64,000 nucleotides of DNA from an uncultured Candidatus Saccharibacteria bacterium. GTDB lineage: Bacteria; Patescibacteriota; Minisyncoccia; Phycocordibacterales; UBA2100. Under the pieces are notes generated by a model that had not been told where the DNA came from, did not search any database, and saw only the letters and a list, made by a program, of their open reading frames with translations. The stretch is taken from contig CAZOZG010000001.1 of the NCBI GenBank assembly GCA_964584225.1, positions 21,652 through 85,651 of the forward strand, written 5' to 3'. Shown piece by piece: positions 27,986-37,273 of this stretch. Each line of letters begins with the position of its first letter. The first letter of the stretch is position 1. The position numbers were made by a program, and so were the translations under genes.

Positions 27986-28822
27986 ATGAAAACCTATCGA
28001 CCAGTCACCAAATCTGAGCGTCAGCACACCTCGATCGAATACTCGAAGCTCTTGAGCGGTCACAAGCCTCATAAGCCTTTGGTGGGCGGCAAACGCCACA
28101 CCGGCGGCCGCAATGCGCACGGCAGGATCACGATGCGTCACAAAGGTGGCGGTCACAAGAAAAACTACCGATCGGTCGACTTCACGTTCGACAAAAAGAA
28201 CGTTCCCGCGCGCATCGCGACGATCGAATACGACCCGTTCCGCTCGGCGTTCATTGGACTTGCGATTTACGCCGATGGCGAGAAGCGCTATGTCATCGTC
28301 CCGCAGCGCGTAAAGGTCGGCGACACCTTCCTCGTTTCTGAAACCGCGCCGGTGAAGCCTGCGAATCGCCTACCGCTTGGGAAAATTCCGGTGGGTACGT
28401 TTGTCTACAACATCGAGCTGAAGCCGGGCGCTGGCGGCGTCCTCGCGCGCTCGGCGGGCAATTACTGCGAAATCATCGCGCAAGATGCTGGCTACACACA
28501 CCTCAAGATGCCGTCGACCGAAGTCCGCAAAGTGATCGGCACTGCTTGGGCATCCGTCGGCGAAGTTTCAAATCAAGAACACTCGCTCGTCGTCATCGGC
28601 AAAGCGGGCCGAACGCGCTGGATGGACGTGCGCCCGACGGTGCGTGGTACTGCTATGAACCCGGTGGATCACCCGCACGGTGGAGGTGAAGGTAAGCAAG
28701 GCCGCGGCAGCCGTCGCCAAAAGACTATCTGGGGTAAACCAGCCGGCAAAGGTCAAAAGACAAGGCGGCCGAAGAAATACTCCAACGTCTTCATTGTTTC
28801 TCGCAGAAAGGTTGGCAAATAG
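27986..28822 (+). CDS. rplB: 50S ribosomal protein L2
   Basis: IEYDPFRSA, VRGTAMNPVDHPHGGGEG. Confidence 0.99.
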   Translation: MKTYRPVTKSERQHTSIEYSKLLSGHKPHKPLVGGKRHTGGRNAHGRITMRHKGGGHKKNYRSVDFTFDKKNVPARIATIEYDPFRSAFIGLAIYADGEKRYVIVPQRVKVGDTFLVSETAPVKPANRLPLGKIPVGTFVYNIELKPGAGGVLARSAGNYCEIIAQDAGYTHLKMPSTEVRKVIGTAWASVGEVSNQEHSLVVIGKAGRTRWMDVRPTVRGTAMNPVDHPHGGGEGKQGRGSRRQKTIWGKPAGKGQKTRRPKKYSNVFIVSRRKVGK

Positions 28823-28854
28823 TCTCTCGATTCGCGCATGATACACTGCGCGAG

Positions 28855-30060
28855 ATGGCGAATTCGTTCGAGGATTTTCAGCTGAAAAGGAAGGAGCGCA
28901 ACGAAGATTTCGACGCCGAACTCGACTCGCTGCAGCAGCGCCTCGGGTACCGCTTTAAAAACAAAGAGCTTTTGATACAGGCGCTCACCGCGAGAGGTTT
29001 CGCCGAGCAGATTGGTGAGCGACACAACACGAGACTCGAAGCGCGCGGCGACGATATTTTGGAGCGGCGAGTCAATGCATGGCTCACACAACACCCGTTT
29101 GGTTCCTATCGAGGGTATATCTATTTAAACGGTTTTCTCAACAGCAACCTGTATCTTTCATCGGCCGGCGTTCGTTTGGGCATTGATCGCGGCGTCCGCG
29201 TGAATGAGGCGCGTGCACAGAGTCAAAGTGTCGAGACGAAAATACGGATGACCGCCGACGCCATGGAAGCGATCATCGCGGCGATCGAAGACGATGGTGG
29301 CAGACCTGCCTCGATCGACTTTATGGAGGCGCACTTGTTGCCCGAATCGGTGTCGGATTCGCCGCTTGGGCGTTTTGTTGGGCTATGCTCCGGTGATCCG
29401 CACGTGATCGAGCAGACATTCAACTCGCTCTTGCGTGGACGAGCAAAACTAGAAATGACTAAACAGGGGAGGGATTTTCATGCAGTCATCAAGGGCGTCG
29501 ACCTGCCCGACGTTCCTTCCAGCCACTCCGACGCTGCACACGCCGCTCATCGAGCAGTCATGACATTTCTCCGGCAAAATCCGTGGGTGCTGTGGGGTTT
29601 CGACGGGCCGGTGAGTCAGCGTGCACCTTCAATGGCATGGGGCGCATACCCGGAGTACGTCGAGCAATCTCTGCCGAAAGAAGTGCGAACGCCCGAATAC
29701 ATCGAAGATCCATACCTTTCGGTCCCTCATCGCGAGGAAGAAGGATGGCCAGATATCGAAATTCCTGCGCTCTTGCCTGAATCAACTCGAGATCGCGGCC
29801 CCTACATCGACAAACTTCGCTGTGTGCTCGAAGGTAAAACTGTCGTCGTGCGTTCGAAAAAAATCGGCAAGGAACAGTTTCCTCGCTACGCATTCTATGT
29901 CGACAAAAATTTTCTCACGACTGTCGAAGGACGTCGCACCTTGAACGACGCCGCGAGTCAGGCCTTACGTGAGCTCGCTGAGATCGAGGCAGAGGGAATA
30001 GAGGATAAAGAAGCAGACGAATTGCCGGTAGAAAATTCACCGGAACCAGAAAGTCAATAA
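28855..30060 (+). CDS. Divergent RNase III-domain protein with long C-terminal region
   Basis: LQQRLGYRFKNKELLIQALT, NTRLEARGDDIL, ADAMEAIIAAI. Confidence 0.75.
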   Translation: MANSFEDFQLKRKERNEDFDAELDSLQQRLGYRFKNKELLIQALTARGFAEQIGERHNTRLEARGDDILERRVNAWLTQHPFGSYRGYIYLNGFLNSNLYLSSAGVRLGIDRGVRVNEARAQSQSVETKIRMTADAMEAIIAAIEDDGGRPASIDFMEAHLLPESVSDSPLGRFVGLCSGDPHVIEQTFNSLLRGRAKLEMTKQGRDFHAVIKGVDLPDVPSSHSDAAHAAHRAVMTFLRQNPWVLWGFDGPVSQRAPSMAWGAYPEYVEQSLPKEVRTPEYIEDPYLSVPHREEEGWPDIEIPALLPESTRDRGPYIDKLRCVLEGKTVVVRSKKIGKEQFPRYAFYVDKNFLTTVEGRRTLNDAASQALRELAEIEAEGIEDKEADELPVENSPEPESQ

Positions 30061-30108
30061 AAAGAGAAAGGCCCAGGATTTCCCCGGGCCTTTACGGTCG
30101 GAACTGCG

Positions 30109-30360
30109 TTAACGAAAAAGCGACAAGGCTCCCGGGGGCAGCAGGTCGTCGCCAACGCGGATCGGTTTGTCTTCCTGATGTGCCTTCACCAACAGGTGAT
30201 GAATTCGAATCGCATTCCTGTACACCTCAGATTCTGTCGCGGCGTCGGTCCACTGATCGAGATCCTGAGCCATGAGGTCAGTTGCGGGCGAAACGGATAT
30301 CGTTTTCTTGACCTTTTTAGAATTTCTCCCGACCCCAACGGCTTGTCGTTGCTTTGCCAT
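30109..30360 (-). CDS. Small putative ribbon-helix-helix DNA-binding protein
   Basis: KTISVS...TESEVYRNAI; AGGAG SD. Confidence 0.55.
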   Translation of the reverse strand: MAKQRQAVGVGRNSKKVKKTISVSPATDLMAQDLDQWTDAATESEVYRNAIRIHHLLVKAHQEDKPIRVGDDLLPPGALSLFR

Positions 30361-30469
30361 GGTTCAACTCCTTTGCCGAACAGCAGGCTAACATGGGCCT
30401 TAGAAAATTGACAGAGAGAGCCATTTCCTATACATTGTGCCTACCCGCGACGCGGGATTTTAAATTGAT

Positions 30470-30826
30470 ATGAGTCGCAGTTTGAAGAAAGGCCCCTACG
30501 TGGACCAGAAATTGATGAAGAAAGTCGGCGCTCGAAAGTCGGGTGCGGGCTCTATCAAGACGTGGGCGCGCGCGAGCTCGATCGCGCCGGAGTTTGTCGG
30601 CTACACGTTTTCTGTACACAACGGTAAGAGCTTCGAGGAAGTGTTCGTGACCGAAGACATGGTGGGGCATCGCCTCGGTGAATTCGCCCCGACGACCAAA
30701 TTCATCAAGCACGGTGGTCGCATGCAGAAAGAAGCAGAGATGGCAGCGAAGGCCGCTGAGATCGCTTCTGCGCAAGCTGCAAAAGCAACCGCCGAGACGG
30801 CAAAGCCAGGTGCTGGTGCAAAATAA
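30470..30826 (+). CDS. rpsS: 30S ribosomal protein S19
   Basis: [23 protein letters not shown]. Confidence 0.98.
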   Translation: MSRSLKKGPYVDQKLMKKVGARKSGAGSIKTWARASSIAPEFVGYTFSVHNGKSFEEVFVTEDMVGHRLGEFAPTTKFIKHGGRMQKEAEMAAKAAEIASAQAAKATAETAKPGAGAK

Positions 30827-30829
30827 TAT

Positions 30830-31201
30830 ATGAAAGCGCTTTTGAAAAACTATCATCAGTCGCCGCGCAAGGTTCGCCTTGTCGCAGATTTGATTCGCGG
30901 CAAGAGCGTGCCCGCCGCGCGCGCTGCTCTTATGTACTTGCCGAAGAAGTCCTCGCCAGCTATTTCCAAATTGCTCGACTCCGCAGTCGCCAACGCGCGC
31001 GCGGCGGGCGCACATCCTGAGAATCTTTTCGTGAAGAAAATCACTGTCGACAAAGGTATGGTCATGCGCCGCTACCGCCCCTTTGCGCGCGGCCGCGCAG
31101 GTTCTGTACGAAAGACCATGAGTATCGTCAATCTTGAGCTCGCGCAAGGGAGCGCGCCCATGAAGGCAAAAAAGGCCAAGAAGCAAGTCGAGGCAAAATA
31201 A
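30830..31201 (+). CDS. rplV: 50S ribosomal protein L22
   Basis: SPRKVRLVADLIRGK. Confidence 0.98.
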   Translation: MKALLKNYHQSPRKVRLVADLIRGKSVPAARAALMYLPKKSSPAISKLLDSAVANARAAGAHPENLFVKKITVDKGMVMRRYRPFARGRAGSVRKTMSIVNLELAQGSAPMKAKKAKKQVEAK

Positions 31202-31202
31202 T

Positions 31203-31877
31203 ATGACTCACACAGTACATCCATACGCACACCGTCTCGGCATCATTCGCGACTGGAAGAGTCGTTGGTTTGCCAAGACACCGGCTGAGTACCGCCAGAA
31301 TGTCATGACCGACGCAGCAATTCGCCGCTTCCTCAAGAAGCGCTTGCGCGGCAGCTATGTGACCGCAGTCGAAATCGAGCGCAACGAAAAGAACATCCGC
31401 GTCTTGGTGAAGACATCGCGCCCTGGCCTTATCATCGGTCGTGGTGGCGAGGGAAGCACGAAGCTCACGAAAGAAATTGAGACGATTGCGCGCAAAGTCC
31501 CGGGTGCCACCAAGAAACCCGTGCGCCTCGATATCGAGGAGGTCCGCTCGCCAGAATCACAAGCGCCTGTTGTTGCATACATGATCGCCGAAGGTCTCGA
31601 AAAGCGACAGACCTTCCGTCGTGTTTTGAAGCAGACGGTAGAAAAAGTGATGGCCAATCGCGACGTGCAAGGTGTGCGCATCGCAATCGCCGGTCGCTTG
31701 GGCGGCGCAGAAATGTCACGCACCGAAGAGATCAAGCGTGGCCGCGTACCGCTCCAGACGTTGCGTGCCGATATCGATTTCGCGAAAGAGGAAGCGTATC
31801 TGCCGTACGGCGTGATTGGCGTCAAAGTCTGGATCTACCGCGGAGAAATTTTCGATAAAAACAAGGCACAAAAATAG
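31203..31877 (+). CDS. rpsC: 30S ribosomal protein S3
   Basis: RPGLIIGRGG, GRLGGAEM, PLQTLRADID. Confidence 0.98.
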   Translation: MTHTVHPYAHRLGIIRDWKSRWFAKTPAEYRQNVMTDAAIRRFLKKRLRGSYVTAVEIERNEKNIRVLVKTSRPGLIIGRGGEGSTKLTKEIETIARKVPGATKKPVRLDIEEVRSPESQAPVVAYMIAEGLEKRQTFRRVLKQTVEKVMANRDVQGVRIAIAGRLGGAEMSRTEEIKRGRVPLQTLRADIDFAKEEAYLPYGVIGVKVWIYRGEIFDKNKAQK

Positions 31878-31878
31878 T

Positions 31879-32301
31879 ATGTTGGCTCCCAAAAAAGCAA
31901 AATTCCGAAAGTGGCAGCGTGGTCGCCGGGGCGAACGCCGCATGAACGCGCCAGAGACACGTGGCATTACTGTTGCGTTTGGTTCCTTCGGCCTCAAAGC
32001 GCTGACGCAAGGGCGAGTTCGCTCCAACCAGATCGAAGCGGCGCGTCGCGCGCTCACGCGTGCGGGCGGCAAATCCGCAAAGATCTGGACGCGCGTGTTC
32101 CCCGACCGACCCTTCACACAGAAAGCAGCGGAAGTCGGCATGGGTAGCGGAAAGGGTGACGTCGCTGGCTACGAAATCGACATTCGACCAGGCCGCGTGA
32201 TTTTCGAAATCGACGGCGCGCCAGAAGAGATGGCACGTGAAGCGTTGCGCAAAGCTGGCACCAAGCTTCCCCTCAAAGCGAAAGTCGTCGCTCGACAATG
32301 A
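31879..32301 (+). CDS. rplP: 50S ribosomal protein L16
   Basis: NQIEAARRA, VFPDRP, MGSGKG. Confidence 0.98.
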   Translation: MLAPKKAKFRKWQRGRRGERRMNAPETRGITVAFGSFGLKALTQGRVRSNQIEAARRALTRAGGKSAKIWTRVFPDRPFTQKAAEVGMGSGKGDVAGYEIDIRPGRVIFEIDGAPEEMAREALRKAGTKLPLKAKVVARQ

Positions 32302-32302
32302 T

Positions 32303-32491
32303 ATGGCAGATTTTAAAGCACAAAGCGTAGAGGAATTGAACCAGCTCGTCTCTGAGAAACGCGAGGCACTTCGCGCGTTTCGCTTCGGTGGAGCCGGCAG
32401 CCGCGTGCGCAACACGCGCGAGGGTCGCAGTATTCGCAAAGAAATCGCACAGATTCTCACCGAGCTTCGGGCTCGTACACTCAAGAAATAG
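32303..32491 (+). CDS. rpmC: 50S ribosomal protein L29
   Basis: RKEIAQILTEL; position in operon. Confidence 0.93.
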   Translation: MADFKAQSVEELNQLVSEKREALRAFRFGGAGSRVRNTREGRSIRKEIAQILTELRARTLKK

Positions 32492-32492
32492 T

Positions 32493-32735
32493 ATGGAACA
32501 CACCAACCCAGGCGCAAAAGAATTTAATGGCGTCGTCGTCAAAACGGCGATGAAAGACACGGCCACTGTGCTCGTGAATCGCTACGTCATGCACCCGAAA
32601 TACAAAAAATATCAAAAGCGCAGCAAGAAATTCCTCGTGCACGACGTCGGCAACACAGCGAAAGTAGGAGACAAAGTCACGATCCGCGAGACGCGCCCGA
32701 TCTCGAAGCGAAAGCGCTTCATCCTCGTCACATAA
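32493..32735 (+). CDS. rpsQ: 30S ribosomal protein S17
   Basis: HPKYKK, RETRPISKRK. Confidence 0.97.
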   Translation: MEHTNPGAKEFNGVVVKTAMKDTATVLVNRYVMHPKYKKYQKRSKKFLVHDVGNTAKVGDKVTIRETRPISKRKRFILVT

Positions 32736-32736
32736 T

Positions 32737-33117
32737 ATGATTCACGATCGAACCATCGTAAAAATTGCAGACAACTCAGGCGGCCTCATCGGTCGTGTGT
32801 TCAAAGTGCTCGGCGGATCGAAAAAGCGCTACGCGCGCATCGGTGAGGAAGTGGTGATTTCGATTCAGACTGTGCAGCCGCGCAAAGCCGTGAAGAAGAA
32901 GGAAGTGCACCGCGCCGTCGTCGTCCGCACCACTGCTCCCGTGCGCCGCAAAGATGGCTCGTACGTTCGTTTTGATGAAAACGCTGTCGTACTCGTCGTC
33001 GGATCGGGCAAAGAGCCGAAGGAGCCGAAGGCAAACCGCGTGTTTGGTCCGATCCCGCGTGAGGTTGTCGAAAAAGGCTACCAGCGCATTGGCTCGCTCG
33101 CGCCAGAAATCGTCTAA
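32737..33117 (+). CDS. rplN: 50S ribosomal protein L14
   Basis: ADNSG, RFDENAVV, SLAPEIV. Confidence 0.98.
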   Translation: MIHDRTIVKIADNSGGLIGRVFKVLGGSKKRYARIGEEVVISIQTVQPRKAVKKKEVHRAVVVRTTAPVRRKDGSYVRFDENAVVLVVGSGKEPKEPKANRVFGPIPREVVEKGYQRIGSLAPEIV

Positions 33118-33127
33118 ATCTTTACAT

Positions 33128-33436
33128 ATGAAACTCAAGAAAGGAGACAAAGTAATCGTCATTGCGGGCAAAAATCGTGGTCAAAATGGCACGATTGTGC
33201 GTGTGCTACCGAAGAAAGACTTGGTGATCCTCGAGGGACTCAATCTTGTGAAAAAACACCGCAAGCCGTCGGCACAAAATCGCAAAGGTCAAATCGTCGA
33301 CAAGCCAATGCCGCTTCATGTCTCCAATGTCATGATCGCCGACCCGAAAGATGGCAAACCGACGCGCGTCAAAATCACGCGCGACAAGGATGGCATGCAC
33401 CGCGTCGCAGTCAACAGCGGCGAGCAGCTCAAATAG
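33128..33436 (+). CDS. rplX: 50S ribosomal protein L24
   Basis: KKGDKVIVIAGK, PLHVSNV. Confidence 0.97.
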   Translation: MKLKKGDKVIVIAGKNRGQNGTIVRVLPKKDLVILEGLNLVKKHRKPSAQNRKGQIVDKPMPLHVSNVMIADPKDGKPTRVKITRDKDGMHRVAVNSGEQLK

Positions 33437-33437
33437 T

Positions 33438-33980
33438 ATGGCGACCATAACTCACACACATACGTTTGCGGCCATGAAAGATTCGATGGGCTACACCAAT
33501 GTCATGCAAGCACCGCGCGTCACCAAGATCGTCGTTTCGACAGGCGTCGGTGGCGTGAGGGGAGACAAGAAACGTCTCGAACTCATCGTTGATCGTCTCG
33601 CGCGCATTACGGGTCAAGCGCCGGCGACGCGTGCTGCGAAGAAATCGATCGCAACCTTCAAAGTGCGCCAAGGCGACATCGTCGGCTACCAAGTCACGTT
33701 GCGTGGCGCACGCATGCAAGCATTTTTGGACAAACTCATTCACATTGTGTTCCCACGCACCAAGGACTTCCGAGGCTTGAAGTCTTCTGCGATTGATGAA
33801 ATGGGCAACATGACGATCGGCATCAAAGAACACACCGTCTTTCCCGAGACTTCCGACGAAGATTCGAAAGATATCTTTGGCCTTGCTGTCACCATCACCA
33901 CGACCGCGAAGAACAAAAAAGAGGCAGAAGGGTATCTCCGGCACCTCGGCCTTCCGCTCCAGCCTGCCGACAATAAGTAA
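33438..33980 (+). CDS. rplE: 50S ribosomal protein L5
   Basis: ITGQAP, AKKSIATFKVR, DFRGL. Confidence 0.98.
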   Translation: MATITHTHTFAAMKDSMGYTNVMQAPRVTKIVVSTGVGGVRGDKKRLELIVDRLARITGQAPATRAAKKSIATFKVRQGDIVGYQVTLRGARMQAFLDKLIHIVFPRTKDFRGLKSSAIDEMGNMTIGIKEHTVFPETSDEDSKDIFGLAVTITTTAKNKKEAEGYLRHLGLPLQPADNK

Positions 33981-33989
33981 AACGGACGC

Positions 33990-34208
33990 CTACGAGCATC
34001 CGTTTTTCCAGAACAAGTGATAATACTGCGTCCATTTTCTGAGGAGCTTTGCTTTAGCGCGTCTTTTTGCCTTCCGCTTGCGCTTTCTTAATTTCACCTC
34101 GACGCGGAGCAATCCGGTATAAGCGACGATCAGCTTCTTTGTATAATAGATGTGCGGTGCGCCGCACTCATCCACCCAGCCGACGTATGCGTACAGCTTC
34201 TTTGGCAT
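33990..34208 (-). CDS. Small basic hypothetical protein
   Basis: GGGAG SD; convergent on rplE. Confidence 0.5.
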   Translation of the reverse strand: MPKKLYAYVGWVDECGAPHIYYTKKLIVAYTGLLRVEVKLRKRKRKAKRRAKAKLLRKWTQYYHLFWKNGCS

Positions 34209-34328
34209 TGAGATCTCCCGTGGCTGAGCCGATAGTGCACGTAAGTGTTCCCTAGGTCAAATACCTCTCGCTATATAAAAAAGAAACGGGCGCTTTCGGG
34301 CGCCCGTTTTGTTTCGGATCAGCGGCAT

Positions 34329-34751
34329 TCACTGTGCAAGCAATTCAATCGCGTTGTTGAGAGCGATAATTGCTTTGCCCTGGGCGTCATTGAGCTTAGC
34401 CTGGAGCTTTGCCTGTGACGCTTTCGAAGCATTGCGCGCGGCTTGTGCCGCGTTGAGCCGCAATCGTGCTGTTTTCCATGCTGCACGAGCCTCCTCCACG
34501 GCTTTGTGGCAAGGGATTGCTTGCACGGTCGACAGTTCACCGCAACTCTCATTCAGCTGCACGAACGTCGCATCCGTGTACATGAGATACAGTGTTGCCA
34601 GATACACGTTTCCTGCGCCATCCATGAAATGGACGGATCCGTGCATGTACCCTTGGTTGATGACGAGGGTTTGCGCGGAGGAAACAGTTGTCGTAACAAC
34701 CAGCACAATGAATGTGATGATTGCAAAGAGCGGGCGAGTAAGCATGTTCAC
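34329..34751 (-). CDS. Secreted hypothetical protein with coiled-coil tail
   Basis: Signal peptide ending SSA; Ala-rich heptads; hairpin at 34285-34309. Confidence 0.7.
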   Translation of the reverse strand: MNMLTRPLFAIITFIVLVVTTTVSSAQTLVINQGYMHGSVHFMDGAGNVYLATLYLMYTDATFVQLNESCGELSTVQAIPCHKAVEEARAAWKTARLRLNAAQAARNASKASQAKLQAKLNDAQGKAIIALNNAIELLAQ

Positions 34752-34819
34752 GTCTCCCTGTTGTTACATCGCGTGCAAGGATTATACCACATATATACTT
34801 ATAGCGCAAGTGCTTTTGT

Positions 34820-34972
34820 TTGACTTCAGAAGTGCCATCGCGTATAGTGGCAGAGCCTCGTAGGGGGCCTTGTTTTTAGCCAAAAAATGGCTGTTACCCA
34901 AAGTTTCTGAGGGGAACAAGGTCACGGTTGGGAAGCCCATAATCCTTCGCGTAAGCAAAGGATGCAGGCTCT
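34820..34972 (+). promoter_or_regulatory. rpsN promoter and multi-stem 5' leader
   Basis: TTGACT-17-TATAGT; four nested stems (see findings). Confidence 0.6.
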
Positions 34973-34999
34973 CAAAATCTTCCTATTTGGCGCACTGCA

Positions 35000-35185
35000 A
35001 TGGCAAAAAAGTCTTTGATCGTAAAAGCGAACCGCAAGCCGAAGTTTTCTTCGCGCAAGGTTCGCCGCTGCTACAAGTGCGGCCGCCCGCGCGGTTTTAT
35101 GCGTGATTTCAATCTGTGCCGCGTGTGTTTCCGAGAGGAAGCGCTCGAAGGCAACATTCCCGGCATCAAAAAATCAAGCTGGTAA
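35000..35185 (+). CDS. rpsN: 30S ribosomal protein S14, zinc-binding type
   Basis: [10 protein letters not shown]...LCRVCFRE. Confidence 0.98.
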   Translation: MAKKSLIVKANRKPKFSSRKVRRCYKCGRPRGFMRDFNLCRVCFREEALEGNIPGIKKSSW

Positions 35186-35191
35186 TTTTCT

Positions 35192-35584
35192 ATGACTGAC
35201 GTAATTGGAGATTTGGTAGTGCGTTTGAAAAACGCGAGCGACGTCAAAAAGGCGAGCGTCTCGATTCCATTTTCGAATTACAAAATGGCGATCGCGGAAA
35301 AATTACAGCATGCAGGATTCGTCAAAGGCGTCGAAAAGCGTGGGAAGAAAATTAAAAAGACGCTCGAGGTGATGCTCAAGTACGATGAAGGAGGTAAGCC
35401 GGCGATCAGCGGTACGAAACGTATTTCGAAGCCGGGTCGTCGCATGTATCGCGCTGTTTTGGACATCCACTCGGTCCGCTATGGCCGTGGCGCACTCATT
35501 CTCTCGACACCGAAGGGCATTTTGACCGACAAAGAAGCGCGTAAAGAAAAAGTCGGCGGCGAAGCACTCTTCGAAATTTGGTAA
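35192..35584 (+). CDS. rpsH: 30S ribosomal protein S8
   Basis: RISKPGRRMY, ILSTPKG, VGGE. Confidence 0.98.
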   Translation: MTDVIGDLVVRLKNASDVKKASVSIPFSNYKMAIAEKLQHAGFVKGVEKRGKKIKKTLEVMLKYDEGGKPAISGTKRISKPGRRMYRAVLDIHSVRYGRGALILSTPKGILTDKEARKEKVGGEALFEIW

Positions 35585-35591
35585 ATCATTT

Positions 35592-36140
35592 ATGAGTCGC
35601 ACCGGCAAACTTCCGATCAAAATTCCCGCAGGCACAGATGTGTCTGTCGCAAGCGGCACGATTACGGTCAAGGGCAAAGGCGGCACGCTGAAGCGCACAC
35701 TGCACCCGGCGGTTGCTGTCGCTGTGGCAAATGGTGAAGTCACCGTCACGCCCGCAACTGAATCGCGTATTGCCCGTTCGCTCTGGGGCACCTATGCAGC
35801 ACACGTACGCAACATGGTCGCCGGCGTCAACACACCCTTTTCCAAAAAGCTCCAGATCGAAGGAATCGGTTACCGCGCCGAGCTTTCTGGTAAGCAGCTC
35901 AAATTGAGCTTGGGCTTTTCGCATCCTGTCCTTGTCGCGATTCCTGAAGGCATCACGGTCACTGTCGAGAAGAACATCGTCACCGTGAGTGGCGCCAACA
36001 AAGAAATGGTCGGTGAATTTTCTGCATCTGTCCGTGCACTCAAAAAGCCAGAACCGTACAAGGGGAAGGGTATTCGCTATGAGGGCGAAGTGGTCCGCGA
36101 GAAGGCGGGCAAGAAAGCTGCCGCCGCAGCAACTGCATAA
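35592..36140 (+). CDS. rplF: 50S ribosomal protein L6
   Basis: LGFSHPV, PEPYKGKGIRY. Confidence 0.98.
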   Translation: MSRTGKLPIKIPAGTDVSVASGTITVKGKGGTLKRTLHPAVAVAVANGEVTVTPATESRIARSLWGTYAAHVRNMVAGVNTPFSKKLQIEGIGYRAELSGKQLKLSLGFSHPVLVAIPEGITVTVEKNIVTVSGANKEMVGEFSASVRALKKPEPYKGKGIRYEGEVVREKAGKKAAAAATA

Positions 36141-36143
36141 TCT

Positions 36144-36488
36144 ATGACAATGACGAAATCACAACAGCGAGAACGACGTCATCGCCGGGTGCGTGCAAAA
36201 GTCATTGGTACGGAAAAGCGTCCGCGCCTTTCTGTATTTAAATCCAATACGCGTTTGGTCGCACAGATCATCAATGATGATAAGGGCGTGACGATCGCAG
36301 CCGTTTCTTCGCGTGACGAGCAGGGCAAGACGCCGCGTGAGCGCGCCGAGATGGCAGCAAAGACACTTGCGACGCGCGCAAACGAGAAAGGCGTGAAAGC
36401 GGTAGTCTTCGATCGAGGCGGCTTTCAATACCTCGGGACGATCAAGGCTTTCGCCGATGCTGCGCGCGCCGCAGGATTAGAGTTTTAA
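36144..36488 (+). CDS. rplR: 50S ribosomal protein L18
   Basis: [17 protein letters not shown]. Confidence 0.98.
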   Translation: MTMTKSQQRERRHRRVRAKVIGTEKRPRLSVFKSNTRLVAQIINDDKGVTIAAVSSRDEQGKTPRERAEMAAKTLATRANEKGVKAVVFDRGGFQYLGTIKAFADAARAAGLEF

Positions 36489-36490
36489 GG

Positions 36491-36646
36491 GAGCGAAGCG
36501 AACACTTACCCCGCACTTTCTAACATCACTTTTCTTCAAGAAGCAAATATGAAAACACCAACCGACAACAGTACAAAATGCAACGTACAGAAAGTGCGGG
36601 GTGTAAGAGCTTCTAAGCTCGTTGTTACTCGCTAAGAATCTCTAAC
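36491..36646. repeat. Structured intergenic element, copy B
   Basis: GAGCGAAGCGAA; 14-bp perfect IR 36508-36521/36589-36602; same 3' hairpin as copy A. Confidence 0.85.
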
Positions 36647-37270
36647 ATGAACGCTGAACCAAACATGCAAGAGGGAGGAATGACAGAGCCGGCCGTCGAG
36701 GTGCCGGTGCGGGAGGTGAGCATGCCGGAGCCGCAGGCTTCGGAGACGAAACCATTTGAACGACGTGGTGGTTTCCGCGAACGCGGCGGTGATCGCCGTG
36801 GTGGCCGCCCGCCTCGAGGCGGTGGCCGCGAGGGCCAGCGCAGCGAATTTGCGCAAAAATTGATCGGCATCCGCCGCGTGGCGCGTGTCATGGCGGGCGG
36901 CCGTCGTTTCAATTTCTCCGTCGGCATTGTCTTGGGCGACAAAAAGGGCCGTGTCGGTGTGGGCTTGGGCAAGGCGGCAGACACGCAGCTCGCGATTGAA
37001 AAGGCAAGCCGCGCAGCCAAGCGCAACATGCTCAACCTCAATCTCACCAAAAACCGCTCGATTCCACACAACGTCGAGGCGAAATACTGCGCGTCAGTCG
37101 TCGAAATCCGTCCGGCCGCGGGCCGCGGATTGGTTGCTGGCTCTTCGGTCCGAACGGTCTTGGAGCTCGGTGGAGTCTCCGATGTCACTGCAAAATTGCT
37201 CTCCCGCAGCCACAATCCGGTCAACAACGCACGCGCAGCAATCGAAGCCTTGCGCCAAATTTCCAAATAA
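36647..37270 (+). CDS. rpsE: 30S ribosomal protein S5 with acidic/RGG N-terminal extension
   Basis: RRVARVMAGGRRF, GRVGVGLGKA. Confidence 0.98.
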   Translation: MNAEPNMQEGGMTEPAVEVPVREVSMPEPQASETKPFERRGGFRERGGDRRGGRPPRGGGREGQRSEFAQKLIGIRRVARVMAGGRRFNFSVGIVLGDKKGRVGVGLGKAADTQLAIEKASRAAKRNMLNLNLTKNRSIPHNVEAKYCASVVEIRPAAGRGLVAGSSVRTVLELGGVSDVTAKLLSRSHNPVNNARAAIEALRQISK

Positions 37271-37273
37271 TCT

